From positions 86,058,001-86,122,000 of the forward strand of contig CM052816.1 in NCBI GenBank assembly GCA_028534125.1: a stretch of 64,000 nt of DNA, in the 5' to 3' direction. Source of the stretch: Lama glama. Taxonomy: Eukaryota. The translations under genes and the position numbers were made by a program. The notes under the pieces are model-generated. The model saw nothing but the letters and a program-made list of their open reading frames with translations. It did not search any database and was not told the DNA's origin. This document shows, in pieces, positions 28,516 to 41,614 of the stretch (its first letter is position 1; each line of letters opens with the position of its first letter).

Positions 28516-28719
28516 TATATTTAAGAAAGATCTGTTTAGAAGCATATAGGATGTTTTTGTTTTTGTTTTCAGAGTTGAGATATATTTCCGTATATGATCA
28601 TGGATTATATATTTCAGTGTCTTATAACCATTTTAAAATAACAATGAGGGACATTTCATGAATGGCTATCAACCAAATGTCACTTTTAATGAGAAACCTA
28701 AAATGGAATACTGAGGAGC

Positions 28720-29290
28720 TCTATTATATATCTTTGTTACAATAGGTATTTATCACACAAAATTAGCTTAAAACAATACAAATTTATTATATCACAGTTT
28801 TTTTGTAAAACAGATGTGAGGCATTTATTTATCTGAGTTCTTTGCGTAGGATCTCAACCAACATGTAGGATGGGGCTGAGGTCTCATCTGAGTCTTGACT
28901 AGGGATCTATCTACTTTCAAGCTCACCCAAGTTCTTTACATCTTTAGAACTGAGGACTTCATTATCTCTCTGTCTGTCCACCAGTGGCTTCCCTTAGTGA
29001 CTAGAAGCCTCTCACAGTTACTTGCCAAGTGAATTTTCCCACAGTGGCTACTTGTTTGTTCAAACTTAGCAAGGGAAGAGAGAGAGACTCTATCAAGATG
29101 GGTGCTCCAGTTTTATGTAATGCAATCATTTAATAACATGCATAGAATCAAATACATCCTGTCATGATCATCATTTTCTGTTGATTGGCTTCAAGTCATA
29201 TGCTCTGTGCAAATTCAGAAGGAAGAAATTACATAAGGGCATGAATATTAGAAGCAGGATCATGAGGGTCACCTTGACAGTCTTGTTGCA
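28720..29290 (-). mobile_element. MLT1 (E/F-like) LTR
   Basis: gcttaaaacaatacaaatttattatatcacagtt...ggggctgaggtctcatctga...aagggcatgaatattagaagcaggatcat. Confidence 0.75.
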
Positions 29291-29469
29291 AAAAGACTGA
29301 TTTTCTGCAAATCCACTTGCTCACTTAAGCCATAATCTAATATATTATTTCTAAATGAGATAATACTTTTCTCAAATAATGTAATGGATAGAATTATTTA
29401 TTTTCTTTTTGTTTGTTTGTTTGTTTATTTAATTATAGTACTATGGAAATTTAAATTAGGATTAAAGTT

Positions 29470-29672
29470 TTGGTTAATATTTACCTGGTTTCAATTACAG
29501 CTTTGAAACATTACCTTTTTTAACTATAGGAAATTATTTAATAATTGCAAGTGTCTGTTTCTTTGGCTGAAAAATAATGCTAACAATGATACCTACTTCA
29601 TAGCATATCATGACACTATCTTAGTTTTATTTTCAAGACAAAGTAAATACTCAATAAATGTTTATTATTATT
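29470..29672 (+). mobile_element. MIR
   Basis: cctggtttcaattacagct...aatgatacctacttcatag...gtaaatactcaataaatgtt. Confidence 0.6.
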
Positions 29673-30636
29673 TTTACATCACTCTTTTGTTATTTAACTT
29701 CATTTTGGTCATCAGTTTTTGAAGTCATATATGAAAGTGAATTTGAGGGCAGCAATTGTTAGGAATAGTGACCCTGGAAACATATCCAGAAGCATGCAGA
29801 TATGATCATGGCGTGTGCTTAGGTACATATATCAATAAACAATGTTAAAGTGATACTGAATCAGTAAGCTTTTAATACAGTCTGCGTATTTATTAATAGA
29901 AAAAAAATAAACTGATACATAGAAAAATCCAGACTTTTACATTTTGGGTGAAATGACTAATTAGGCTTTCTTTCAGTTTCCTTTGAAGGAAAGATCATTA
30001 AGCTAAACTCCTTTGGTGAAAAAAATGCCTGGTCCAAAGGCTAGTAATTAATTTTATATAATTTATGTGTATTAAAGACCTAGTTTTTATTTATGATTCT
30101 TGATACAAGCTGTTTCTAATTTTATTTAATGTGTTTATGTTTTTCTTATGACTTTTAATTTAAATAAAGTAGAAACTTTTTATTCTAACATTGCTTTGTA
30201 TAACTAATAATGTTCTGGTATAGTGTAGTGCACCTCTAATGTGCCTCTCAATGTAAATTTTAATCTTGTTAAATCAATAGTCAGAGTGATTCAAATTAGA
30301 TGACTGAAACACTTAACTATAATAGTGAAAAATATACTATATAGAATTTCTAAGTATTGTGAAAAATTTGATAATTTTATGATGAAAGGGAGAAATAAAG
30401 TCAGTCTGATATTAAGGAATAATAAGACAAAATTAGCAAATTCTCTAAGACTAAAGAAGACAAAGCATTATAACTGTACTGAAAGCATTTCCAGGAAATA
30501 ACTGAAGGGAATATAAACATAAATTACAGAACTAGAAACACAAATTTAGGATGGAGAAATGTGAAAAATAGAAAAATCTATGTTTTGAATGTGAGAAGCC
30601 CTGCTTACCATACCTTCCTCTTCTTACTGTTTACTA

Positions 30637-31216
30637 TGCGATGTTTAATTTTACATGCCAACTTGGCTAGCCTATAGTACCCAGTGATTTAATTAAATGC
30701 TAAGTGTTGCTGTGAAGCCATGTTATAGATGGGGTTAACTTCTACATCTACAAGTTGACTTTAAGCAAAAGAGATTACCTTTAATTATGCGAGTGGGTTT
30801 CATCCAATCAGATGAAAGTGTTAAGAGCCTAGAGTTTCCTGAAGAAATTCTGACTCAAGATTATAATGTCAATTTCTGCCAGATTTCAAGCCTGCCAAGC
30901 TACCTGACAAATTTTGGACTCAAGACACCAATAACAAGTCCGGCTTGAATTTTGAGATTGCTAGCCTGACCTACACAGATTTTATACTTACCAGCCCCAA
31001 CAATCACATTTGGGGCTTTAAAAAAAAATTCCTTTAAAAAAAAAATCTCTTAATACATATACATATAAATACACATATGTGTATATGTGTGCTTAATGTG
31101 TGTGTGCATAGATCTAGATACTGATAGATAGGCATAGTAAATATAGATACATATATAGATATAAATATAGATATAGATATGTCATGTTGGTTCTCTGGAC
31201 AACCCTGCCCGATACA
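30637..31216 (+). mobile_element. MLT2-type LTR with internal TA/TG repeat
   Basis: tgcgatgtttaattttacatgccaacttggctag...gtgggtttcatccaatcag...ttggttctctggacaaccctgcccgataca. Confidence 0.85.
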
Positions 31217-34074
31217 GGCATCAATCCTAAACCAACTACAGACTTTTTTCCAAAGCTTGTGACCTTGTCAAATTACAAACCCTTTTTATCTCCACCAAAT
31301 TTTACTTATTATTATTACTTCTTCATTAAGGTCCCACCACATCTTTATAATTATTTATTTTCACTTTACTCATATGAAGTACCACCCAACTACAATTTGG
31401 TGCTTTTGGGAAGACCTAGACTTCATAGCCCCACCCTTGGGCTAGAACCCATGGAAGAATCCTGATGTCAAAACTTCCCAATTCCATGATCATTTCCCAA
31501 ATTACAATATTCTGGTACTTCCCCCAAGTCATTTTTTTTAATCTACCCCCTATTTATTTGATATCACCCTATGTGCATCCTTCATAATAGTTCTCGCAAT
31601 CTGTAATTGTGAGTAATCTCATATTTTTGAAGTTTAATATTTGGCTCCACTAATCAGGCAATAATATCCATGAGCTCAAGGATTTTTGTCACTGTGTGCC
31701 CTGTTCCTGCAGGGTTTGGACATAAAGTTGATCAAAATATGTTTATTAAAAGATCAATAAGAATGTGTTTCATTGATAGAGAGATGTGATTTTTATTTTC
31801 CTCTTCAGCAGAGTCCTCCTCAGTTAAAAACACTTCTGTACTGAAATATTACATCTCCTGGGTGATTGAAAAGACGTACATAGGAAAGGACAGCTGCATT
31901 AAAAAAAAAAAAAAGATGGCTTGGATTGCCTCAGCCAAGTCTCAGCACGTAGGTATAGTTTGCTTGCATGATTCTTAATTGACGTGACACCAGCTCTTCA
32001 GAGAAAGTCTTCCCCACATCAAAGAGAACAGTTCAAGTGGATGAGCAAGGGAAACAGAAGGCATTTACTCAAGGCTAGTTAGTGATGTGCAAGTGTGGCT
32101 GCAGCTCCACTGGACTCTCCGAGGCTGGTTGGACCCTCGGCAGCAGCCTATCCTTTTCTCTGTTCTTCATTCCTCTTATCACCATGTGAAACCCTATTTT
32201 TTGCAGCTTCTGATCTCATCTACTGTCCTGACTCGTGTTTTCTCTCTTCATATCTCCCAGTCCATGAATTCATTGTCTTATCTCCAATAAGGCTGAAGGG
32301 TTAGCTGAAAACATTATTTTATTTTAAAAGGAATATATATTATTTTTTTCATTCACATGTCATTTTATTTCTGATTTTCAAAACTCTACTTAGGTAGTCA
32401 TGTTATTAGTATTTAAAGCTTTTATCTCTGCATTCTCAGTAAGTCAACCATAATAAAGGCAAAGTGGGTAGAACAGCATTTATATGAATGCTCGAGAAGA
32501 GTAGCATAAACAGCATTTCAGGATGCAGTCCTATTACAAATGGATGAATGAATAAATGATTGGATGGGTGGGTAGATGACTGAGAAAATGAAACACAAGT
32601 TTTGCACAAGTACAGAACATGTTCAAAACACAATTTGACACTGATAAGCAATAGGCAATGTAGAAACCAAACTTTCATTTGTAGTCTTTTTTATATCATT
32701 ATTGTTAAAATACTTTGACTATCTGATGAATATCTGTGAAGAGCTTTAGGGAAATCATGCTTTTTATTGGTTTTCCTGTCATTCTACAATTTACTCCGAT
32801 TTTGAAGTTTATCCATCTATTTCTGTTTACAGTTAAGAAAGATATTGCACTTTATTTAGTAACTTGCTCAATGTTTTATAGAGAATAGGGAACAAATTTG
32901 GTCTGGAAACGCAGGGCCTTTGACTTTATTCTTCTGTTTTCCACTGGTCCAGGCTGTCAGATTTATATATGTCTAAGTAAAGGGAACTAATCTGAAATAG
33001 TGGACATTGTCAATACTTTCACTTGGAATCAAAGAACAAACAGAGATATGTTCTGAACACAATTTAAAATATTTTATGGCTTTATTTTTTAATTCATCTC
33101 ATAATATCTTCCCTACTGACACTTTTAGCATACTAAAATTTATCAAAATAATTATATTGCTAGCCTAGTTTACTGGATTATTTGAACAGATTTGCAATGC
33201 CTTTATATCTTATAGTTGCAATTAAACCACTTTCATTTATGAATGTATCAAAGTATATACTTTCTTCAGTTATAAAGTACATGATTGCACAATTTATTAT
33301 AACCATTTATTATTTTTATAACAGAATTGATGAATAACAAAACACTTTAATAATTACAGGATTTACGATGGTTAACCTATGTTGTATACTTGCTACTATT
33401 TTGAAAAGACATAGGAATAATTTGCATAATTTACACTCATATGATTCACTTCTAAGTGTAATGTGATGCACAGTACTAAGCTGATTAATTTTTCCTTGGT
33501 TTACTATCCAGAATGTGGTCAAAATTTTACTGAATTAATTTGACCACCATTATGTGTAATGGGCTGAAGTTACATTAATCTACTAAGTGATATTCCTATC
33601 AAAGCTTATGAAGAACTAATTCATCTGAATAAGAACTAGCAAAATTGATTATACTTTCAACACGAGGAAAGAACACTATGCATGGTTTTGTAACTTAAAA
33701 TTAAACTGTAGCCTATATAAAATATATACATATATTTTCAAAACGCCAGTTAATTTTTTATAGGGTGATGGTAATTAAAGAAATGTGGTGGGTAGCATTT
33801 GTTATAAAGAGTACGTAATTACATTAACCCAACTGTAACAAATGTCTAAAATGTACTATTATTAATTTTAATGCATAATAAAATGTAAATTACAACTCTA
33901 TGAAAAGAATTAAAACTGAAGATTATAAAAGATCATTATAGATTCAATTTGGTAACCCTTTCATATTCATTAATAATCCTCCAAGTGAGAAATCATAAGC
34001 ATTGGGAGTGTACCCTCAGCCAGAAAAATCAGTGAAATTTTCTAGCTTAGTTCTTAACCTTCTTTGATATAAGT

Positions 34075-34150
34075 ACACAGACACACACAGACATACACAC
34101 ACACACACACTGTACACACATGCATACACATACCGTATATACACAAACAC
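34075..34150. repeat. Imperfect (CA)n microsatellite
   Basis: Directly visible. Confidence 0.9.
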
Positions 34151-34309
34151 CCCACATAATTTACTTAAATTGAATGGTATTTTAGAGAATATATAAATTA
34201 AATATAAAATTATTTCTGACACTCTTACAAGAAATAACTCTTGTAAGAATATGGACTTTATTCTTTCACTGGCTATTTACTTTTTCAGAACTTTTAAATC
34301 TGTGGCATA

Positions 34310-34669
34310 TGTTATGGACTGAATGTTGTGTCCCCTCAAAAATTTTTTGTTGAAATTCTAATCTCCAATGTTACGACACTAGGAGGTGGAGCCTTTGTGA
34401 GGGGATTAGATCATGAAGGTGGAACCTTCACGAATGGGATTCATGACCTTATGAAAGAGACCCCAGGGTGCTCTCTTGCCCTTTCTGCCATGTGAGGACA
34501 CAGCAAGAAGACAGTTGTCTATGAACCAGGAAACGGTCCCTCACCAGACATCAAATCCTTGGGTACCTTGATCTTGGACTTTCCAACTTCCAGAACTGTA
34601 AGAAATAAATGTTCTTTAAGTCACTCAGTCTATGGTAGTTTGCTATAGAAATCTGAACAGACTAAAACA
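34310..34669 (+). mobile_element. MLT1A-type solo LTR, full length
   Basis: TG...CA termini (tgttatggactgaatg...gactaaaaca), aataaa, exact 5-bp TSD gcata at 34305-34309 and 34670-34674. Confidence 0.93.
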
Positions 34670-36173
34670 GCATATATTTGAAGAATATGATAAGTGAGAG
34701 ATGCATGGTTTAAGTTTGAAATGAGTTTTGATTATTATGAAAAGATATTTGTAATGCCACTTGAATGCAAAGTATGCAGATTTGATACAATTGCTTACAA
34801 TCAAATATTAGGCATGTCCCTCAATGTATGCCACAACAAATTTAGATGTAAGACACTAATACTGAAATAATTTGAAGACATATTAAAACATAAAATCCAA
34901 GGAAAGAATGAATTGACAGATTTATTGCAGAGAAATTGGAAGATTCTATGACACAAAGTCCATGAATAAAGCTAAAAGCAAATAAAATCCGGGAGATAAC
35001 TTATTTTTTTATATTTTAACATAATCTTATTAAATTATAAAGCTGTAAATATTAATGAAGAATTGAGTAACTGTCTACATGCACTTCAAATATGATAATT
35101 TGCTCTCTTTTCCACCAAGAAATCCATTTTCAGGACCTGAAGTTTATTGTCTTAACATCTTTCTCTTTTTCTCTCTCCTTCACTCTTCACAGACATATGA
35201 AAAAATATTTTTCTTTTTTTTTCACTAAAATATAATTATATGTATAAAGTATTACCCTCCCAACTTGTTTCTTTCTGCCACTGAGAATAATAGCTTAGAC
35301 ATTTATTTGTGTGGACAGATATGGATCAAAACTGCTATCTTATGGCTGCATAATTCCCCATATATCCTAATACACATAGGCCCAATTATTGTCTATAGCT
35401 GTGTAGCCCTCCTTTCACTGTTATTTATTCAAATCCTGCCCTGTTGACAGACATCCACATTTTTTCTCAGTTGAGTATAAATTTTGTGACTTCTGGGCCA
35501 TAGGAGACACATCCTGATAATTGTCTGGCTTTCTGAAAGGAGAGCTCCTTTTGTAATAGCTCTGTGGCTTGTTTGCACACTGAAGCTTTGGCAGAGGATT
35601 CTGTGAAAACGCTGGCCTTGTCCAGCTTCTACCTCGTGTCTCTCTCAGAACCCCACACCACGGGACCATTCCTCCTTCTAGAAGCACAGTCATCTTCCTC
35701 AGCAATACCCCATCATCTCCCTCATTCATTTCTTGTTTTTGTGCCACACAACTCTGGGGACTTCTGCTGTGCTCTTTGTATCGTACAATATACCTGTGCT
35801 GTGCTGACTATTAATGTGCTCTACTTTACCTGGCTCTGAAGTTCTAAGCCCTGATTACCAGCAAAATAAACCACAATAAGAACTGAACTCAAATACTGCG
35901 GGACTGTTTCCTTCCAGCATAAAACTACCACTACTATCATCTTCCTCCTCCTTCTGTATGCATAAAGAAGTCAGAATTACACAACCCACACACCAAGACC
36001 TCCGTGCACAGAATATCTATAGCAAGCTAAGGGAAAATGACCTAGCAGGGATGGAGGCAGAAAGAAGATAGGAAACATAATAAAACTATATATGCAGAAA
36101 AAATACCGTGTAGTACCTCAGAGTATGTATTACAAAGTGATTAGCAAAATGCAACATTTTCCAGAGATACTTT

Positions 36174-36720
36174 TGTGACCCTAAAAGGTTAAGACCCCAG
36201 TTCTTGTCATACGTAAAAGATAAATTTACAGTCAGGAGATGGTGAGTTGTGTAGCAAAAGATTTTGAAAGATTTATTTAGAAAAGGATAAGTACACTTTC
36301 AAGAATGGGAGGCAGGCTCATCCAAGGGAGGGAAAACAGCGGGTTTTGTCTCCCCTTTCTCTCATACCCTCGCTTAGAGGTGGTCTCTTGACTGATGGCT
36401 CTTGTCCCTGGGGTGCTTAGTCATGTTTGGCCCCTTTTGCACGTGTCCTTACAAATGGTGTACACAGGAAAACCCATGGCGGGGGTGGGGGGGGTGGGCG
36501 GGCGTTGTTAATTATAATACAGTGAGCATGGGTTTGTGTCTGGTTAAGTCCTTTCTCTACCGCATAGTCGTGGCTGTCAGGTTTTAACCAGTTTCTTGCT
36601 GGCACTCATTTAGAAGTTAAGTCCCTTTATGCTGGAGGCAGGCATAATGCCATCTTCCAGAGCATCCTCCCTCTCCTCCACCTGTCTGCCTGGTGCCCCC
36701 ACTTATCTAACTACCTAACA
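36174..36720 (-). mobile_element. ERV1-type solo LTR, relatively young
   Basis: Minus strand starts tgttaggtagttagataag and ends ...agggtcaca; minus-strand AATAAA at ~36272; CpGs retained. Confidence 0.8.
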
Positions 36721-38229
36721 TTTTTATTCACAGATTTCGAAGGGTTGGAAAATAAATTGATTGTCTATATCAGAAGTAATTTCCTGACACTGTATGAATA
36801 TGCAAGTTATCAGAGGAATGTTGTTCATCATGGCTTGACTGATACAAAATTACAGAATAAAAACATTATATTCTTTTTACTCTCAAATGAAAGGCTTAGT
36901 TTCCCTTCAAAGTTTAAAGGGCATGAATCTTCTGATATGGTTGGAAACAAAAGCATAATGAAAATATTAGCTCTTTTCTTATTTTTAGCTGTTGTAGCAA
37001 CATTACTTGATTTTTTTTCTCATGACTGCTGCTCCTCAAATATTTTGTCCCTATCTGAAAAGCAACCAAGATGAGGGGAAAAGTATGGAAGAATAGTAAA
37101 AGCTGTACTTCTAAGTTCCTAGGAATAGATTTTTAATTTTAGTTACCCTTAAGATATTTCTATTTTTTGCCAAAGATGCATATATGGTACAGTGAGTCTA
37201 TCTGAAACCAGGGGCTTCATAGGATATTTAGCTGCCACAGACGCAGTTAAAGTTGTCTAGGAAAAAGGTAGTAATTTCTTCTGCCTACTTTCTTATTAAT
37301 TCTCTTACCACTAAGCATCATCACAGCTTTTCTTAATCATGTCTCCTGAGCAACTACCAAACACAAGAGATCACTCATTTCACCTGTCTAAATTCTTGAT
37401 TGCAAGGTAGTTTCCCAATTGAATGCCTCAGCAGTGGGGGCCCAGTGTGTATTGCCAGCCTCACTGATTTAATTTAAGAAGAGAGACTCCAAAGGGAGAA
37501 ATGCCAGGAACAGCTCTGGCTGCTCTGCTGGACAGGCAGAGGCTCCTTGGGGCTTTCAGTTTCCCAACCAGAGCTCAGGGGACTGCAGATCACTGTAGGA
37601 AGGAAACCCATGAGAGGCTGTTGCCTGAACAGATTAAGGATTTGAAGATTATCAGGTAATGCAGACTAATGAAAAGAAGATTGCACAGAGAAAGCAAAAG
37701 TTAAAAAAAAAATAAAAATAAAAAAGTTGATTTGAAAGTCAATACAGAAAATTCTGTACCAAGTGCTAAAGAAAGAAGGTAGCATGTGGGTCTAAAGGGC
37801 ACAGTGACATGACTGCAATGGTCTGTACACATTATCAGATAAACATATGTTCATGTGAAACAAGGCAGGATCAGTGCTGGATCGTAACCTAAAATATCAA
37901 AAATGACACTGCCTGTGACAACGGCATTGGAAGGGAATGTATAAATAAGAAAATGGAATTCTATAGGCACTTAAATTATCTGAACACATTATATACTCAA
38001 TTTCACTTTTCTCTAAGAGAGTAAAACTACCACAACCTGATCCAGAGATATTCCAGGGTATGTTCAGAATTATGAAAAAGAATTGAGTGCACAAAGATCA
38101 TCTTCAGAAGACGGTGAATAGAAGACCAAGTTCACCGGAAGTTCATACCCTGGCCTGAGCTCATGGCCAGTAAACTCCAACATCATTGTAATTTTCAACA
38201 CTAGTTAAAATTTTACACATATTAAATCA

Positions 38230-38395
38230 GCTAACCATGCAAAAAGCCTTTTAATTTTCACTGTAACTATTTTCAGATGTGGTATCAGAAGCCCAAAGAA
38301 TGCAATGCCAGTGGCTGCACAGTATGAATTGGAGGTGAAAGTCAAACTCAAGTTTCAGAGTGTATACCCTTCACTGTGACATTGTGCCATCACTC
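38230..38395 (-). mobile_element. MIR fragment
   Basis: tattttcagatgtggtatcagaagcccaaaga...gcacag. Confidence 0.45.
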
Positions 38396-41194
38396 TGAAT
38401 GCTGAATGGCAATATAAGACAGGATAAGTACAAAGCAGTTGCAAGCACCCTCTGTCATACACATTTTCAGAATCCTTAAGAATATAAATATGCAATCATA
38501 TTTAATAATTTTTATCATTTTAATGTATGCATTTGTAGAACATTTTAAGGTAAATTGTACTTATTTCCATAATTCAGAGATAATTGCATTAATTTTGAAT
38601 CTGTTATACTTTTTCCCGACTTTCTCTCACTATTCCTTCTTTTCTGTGATTTGGGAAAATCGTTTCATTACTTCAGAAAAAAAAATGCCCAGAAATGGCT
38701 CTTTTGCTATATAAATTCCAAACAAATATATATTTATTATTTCAGAGTAGGAATAAAAGTCATTTTAATCTGAATAACTGCTAGTATTACAGGTTAGTAA
38801 TATTAATATTTGTCAGATTATGCTCCACAACTGAGAATGACATTTTATTTTTATTTCAAAAATTCTCTTTTGTTGGGGGTTGTTGAGACCAAAAAAAGCA
38901 GATAAATTTCTGAATAGAATATAAATATCTACAGCTTTATACCTAAAGAGTTTTTTTTGTATACTAGAAAATACATTTTACTTCCCTTCTGTTAAGTTTT
39001 TTTTCTTTTTCTTTTCTTTTTTCTTTCCTTTTTTTCTTCTTCTTTTTTTTAGTATTTTTGTTGGTTGTTTAACAGTATAAGAAAAGATTTTGAAAAGGAA
39101 AAGAGGGAAAAAAATCTGCTTTCATGAATTTGGTAGGCACTGAAAATAAGCAATGTTACTTAGAAACCCAAGTGATAATTTGTAGCAGGGAGCTGTCGAA
39201 CGATCCAATTTACCAGCTCTACATGTCATCCAGGACCACTCTTACACCTTAGAGAGTGGTAGCCTTGAGAGAAAGCCGATGCAGCACCCTTGTTGTAGAA
39301 CTGGGATTTCACAAGGGACACTGTTAGCAGTGGCTTCTCAGAGGGTCCTTCTGGCAATCTCTGAAAGGCAGTCATCAGCTACAGAGTTCTGAACTGGAGA
39401 AGTAATAGTGGCAGAAACCACATAGTTACTACAGTGGTCAAGCTCACATGGCCTTCTCAGGTGAACGTCCAAAAGCACGAATGAAGGCTTTTCAGGGGTG
39501 GCAGTTCCAAGCAACAGAAAGCTTCCTGGTGGGGATACAAGTCCTCTTAATTGAAAGTAAATGTGACTCATTTTGTACACGTAAACTCGTGCTGCCCGGG
39601 TGTCTGGATTGTTGTATATATGTGCATGTGACTGTGTAACATTTTTAAAAAAGCGATACTGTTCCATTATCTGCCTTTTTCCCTTAGAAGTGTAATATGA
39701 ACATCTTCCCCATTAAGGCTTTAAACATTCAAATGCAAAAATATAAGTTGATATTTTCCTTCTCCCTCCATCTAAAGTTCTGTTACCATTTTCTTTCATT
39801 TCAAAAGACTGAACACAGGGAAATTTTAGTTTCCCCTTCTTACAAGATGCACAGTCCTAATACTTCTATTTTGAAATGTGCTGATGTCATCTAAAATCAC
39901 AGGCAGTTACCTCCCCGCCTCCTCTCAGGGCATCTCTCTCCCAGCTGGGATAGTTTTCTAAGGAAAGGGCAAGGTAAGTGTCAGCTTTTAGCAATTTAGT
40001 ATTACAACCTGGCATATTTCCCCCTTCAAAGAGATTAGTTTATTGAATTGTTTCTTAAACTGTAAGTGCATGCATGGACATTCCAGGGAGTAACAGCAGT
40101 CATAGGTTAAGTTGGTGTGTTTCTTGGGTCATCCCCTATAATTTTGGTTGGTAACAAGAAGGCAGAGGAGAGAAACTGGTACCTAGAAATTTTCTGAGTT
40201 GTGTCTGTGCTTTCTGATCACTTACTGTTTCTGAATATTTTTAATCTGAATTCTAGGAGTGATGCCAGAAAGGCCTTGGGGTACCACACAGGCTGGCTCA
40301 CACCACATGGAGGGGGGCAGGGATAGGGGAGGACAGACAGGTAAGGTTAGGAGTTAACCAGAGAAGTAATTCATTAAGTGATCCTAAAGATCCTTGAACT
40401 TGTGTATAACTATGGTTTATGCACTGTTTTATTTGCTTTTGAACCTTCGATTTTCTTTAAAAATTCAATCTTACCCTTTACTGGCCTGTGGAGAACTAAG
40501 AGGAAATGTGAATTTTACACTTAAAATGTATTAATAAAAATAAATTAAGAAGACAATGTGTAAGATATATTACTTAAAATTACTTCATATTATCCCTTTT
40601 TATTAGATCATCCCCCAGATTTTATCTGGGTCAGCTTGTTATTTTAAATGTCTCACTCTCATCTGTTAGAAAACAATAAATGCATCCAGAACTTTTAAAG
40701 AATGAAATTATTTATTTAATATGAATTTGGCAATATTAAGAAATACACTACTCAATTCTTGAAATGTAGGAAATAATGAACTAAGAGTCATTCGGGTACT
40801 ATCCAACAAACTAAAATTTTAAAGATATATTTTTTCAATGCAAATGTTTGGAAAGTTAGAAAGCTGGAACGTGTTCAATTCCTGATAGGCACAGCACGTC
40901 AAAGCAAGTTGAGTTAGGCAATCCTGTGCATTAATTAGAAAAGGTCAAGCTGTGCAAAGGAAATGAGTGCAGTTCGTATGGGTGAGAGCTTAGAAAGTAC
41001 AAGCTGTGACAATGAATTCCAAATCTTAGCTAATTACCGGTGGCTTCTCCAAGTAAAATGACACTGAATGTTCAAGCATGCTTAAGAGGAGACTTTCTGC
41101 CTTAGAAGTTTAAAGAAAATGATAATGTTATTTTTTAAGAAGTGATTTATACTTTGTAGTATCTCTTTTTTAAAAATCATGCCCTATGATTCTA

Positions 41195-41335
41195 ATAACA
41201 TACTCCGAGAGAAGCAGGTCATTATTTCTATTTTACTGAAGAGGAAAATAAAACTCCAAAAGAACTGGCAACTTGTCAAGATTACACAGGTTGTAAGTGA
41301 CAGAAAACAAGAAAACCTGCCCTCTATTTCTTTCA
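41195..41335 (-). mobile_element. MIR fragment
   Basis: attatttctattttactgaagaggaaaataaaactc...acttgtcaagattacacaggttgtaagtgacagaa. Confidence 0.7.
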
Positions 41336-41498
41336 AAAATTTTCAAAACATGATCTAATTTAAAATCAACATGGAATTTTGTTGAGGTATTATCAACACA
41401 TTCCTGCAAATTCTTTATATAGAGTTTCACAAGTTTAGATAAGCTACAGAATGCTTTAGAATTATATTCAGATTGTTGCTTTACAGGGTTAATCTTTT

Positions 41499-41521
41499 TA
41501 AATATTTTTAGGGGAGTAATT

Positions 41522-41570
<49 letters not shown>

Positions 41571-41614
41571 AGAGGTACTGGCACACACTCTACCACTGAG
41601 CCATACCCTCCCCC
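41499..41614 (-). mobile_element. tRNA-derived SINE (camelid Vic-1-like), internally deleted
   Basis: Minus strand ggggagggtatggctcagtggtagagtgtgtg-ccagtacctctgtt(aaat)n...attactcccc; TSD ttacag[g/a]gttaat[c/g]tttt at 41481-41498 and 41615-41632. Confidence 0.85.

Noticed and set aside
38996..39060. T-rich tract as the poly(A) tail of a retrocopy
   Set aside because: No polyadenylation signal, TSD or recognisable parent mRNA next to it.
41581..41614. tRNA gene
   Set aside because: Only the 5' tRNA-like half is present, with a SINE tail and TSDs.
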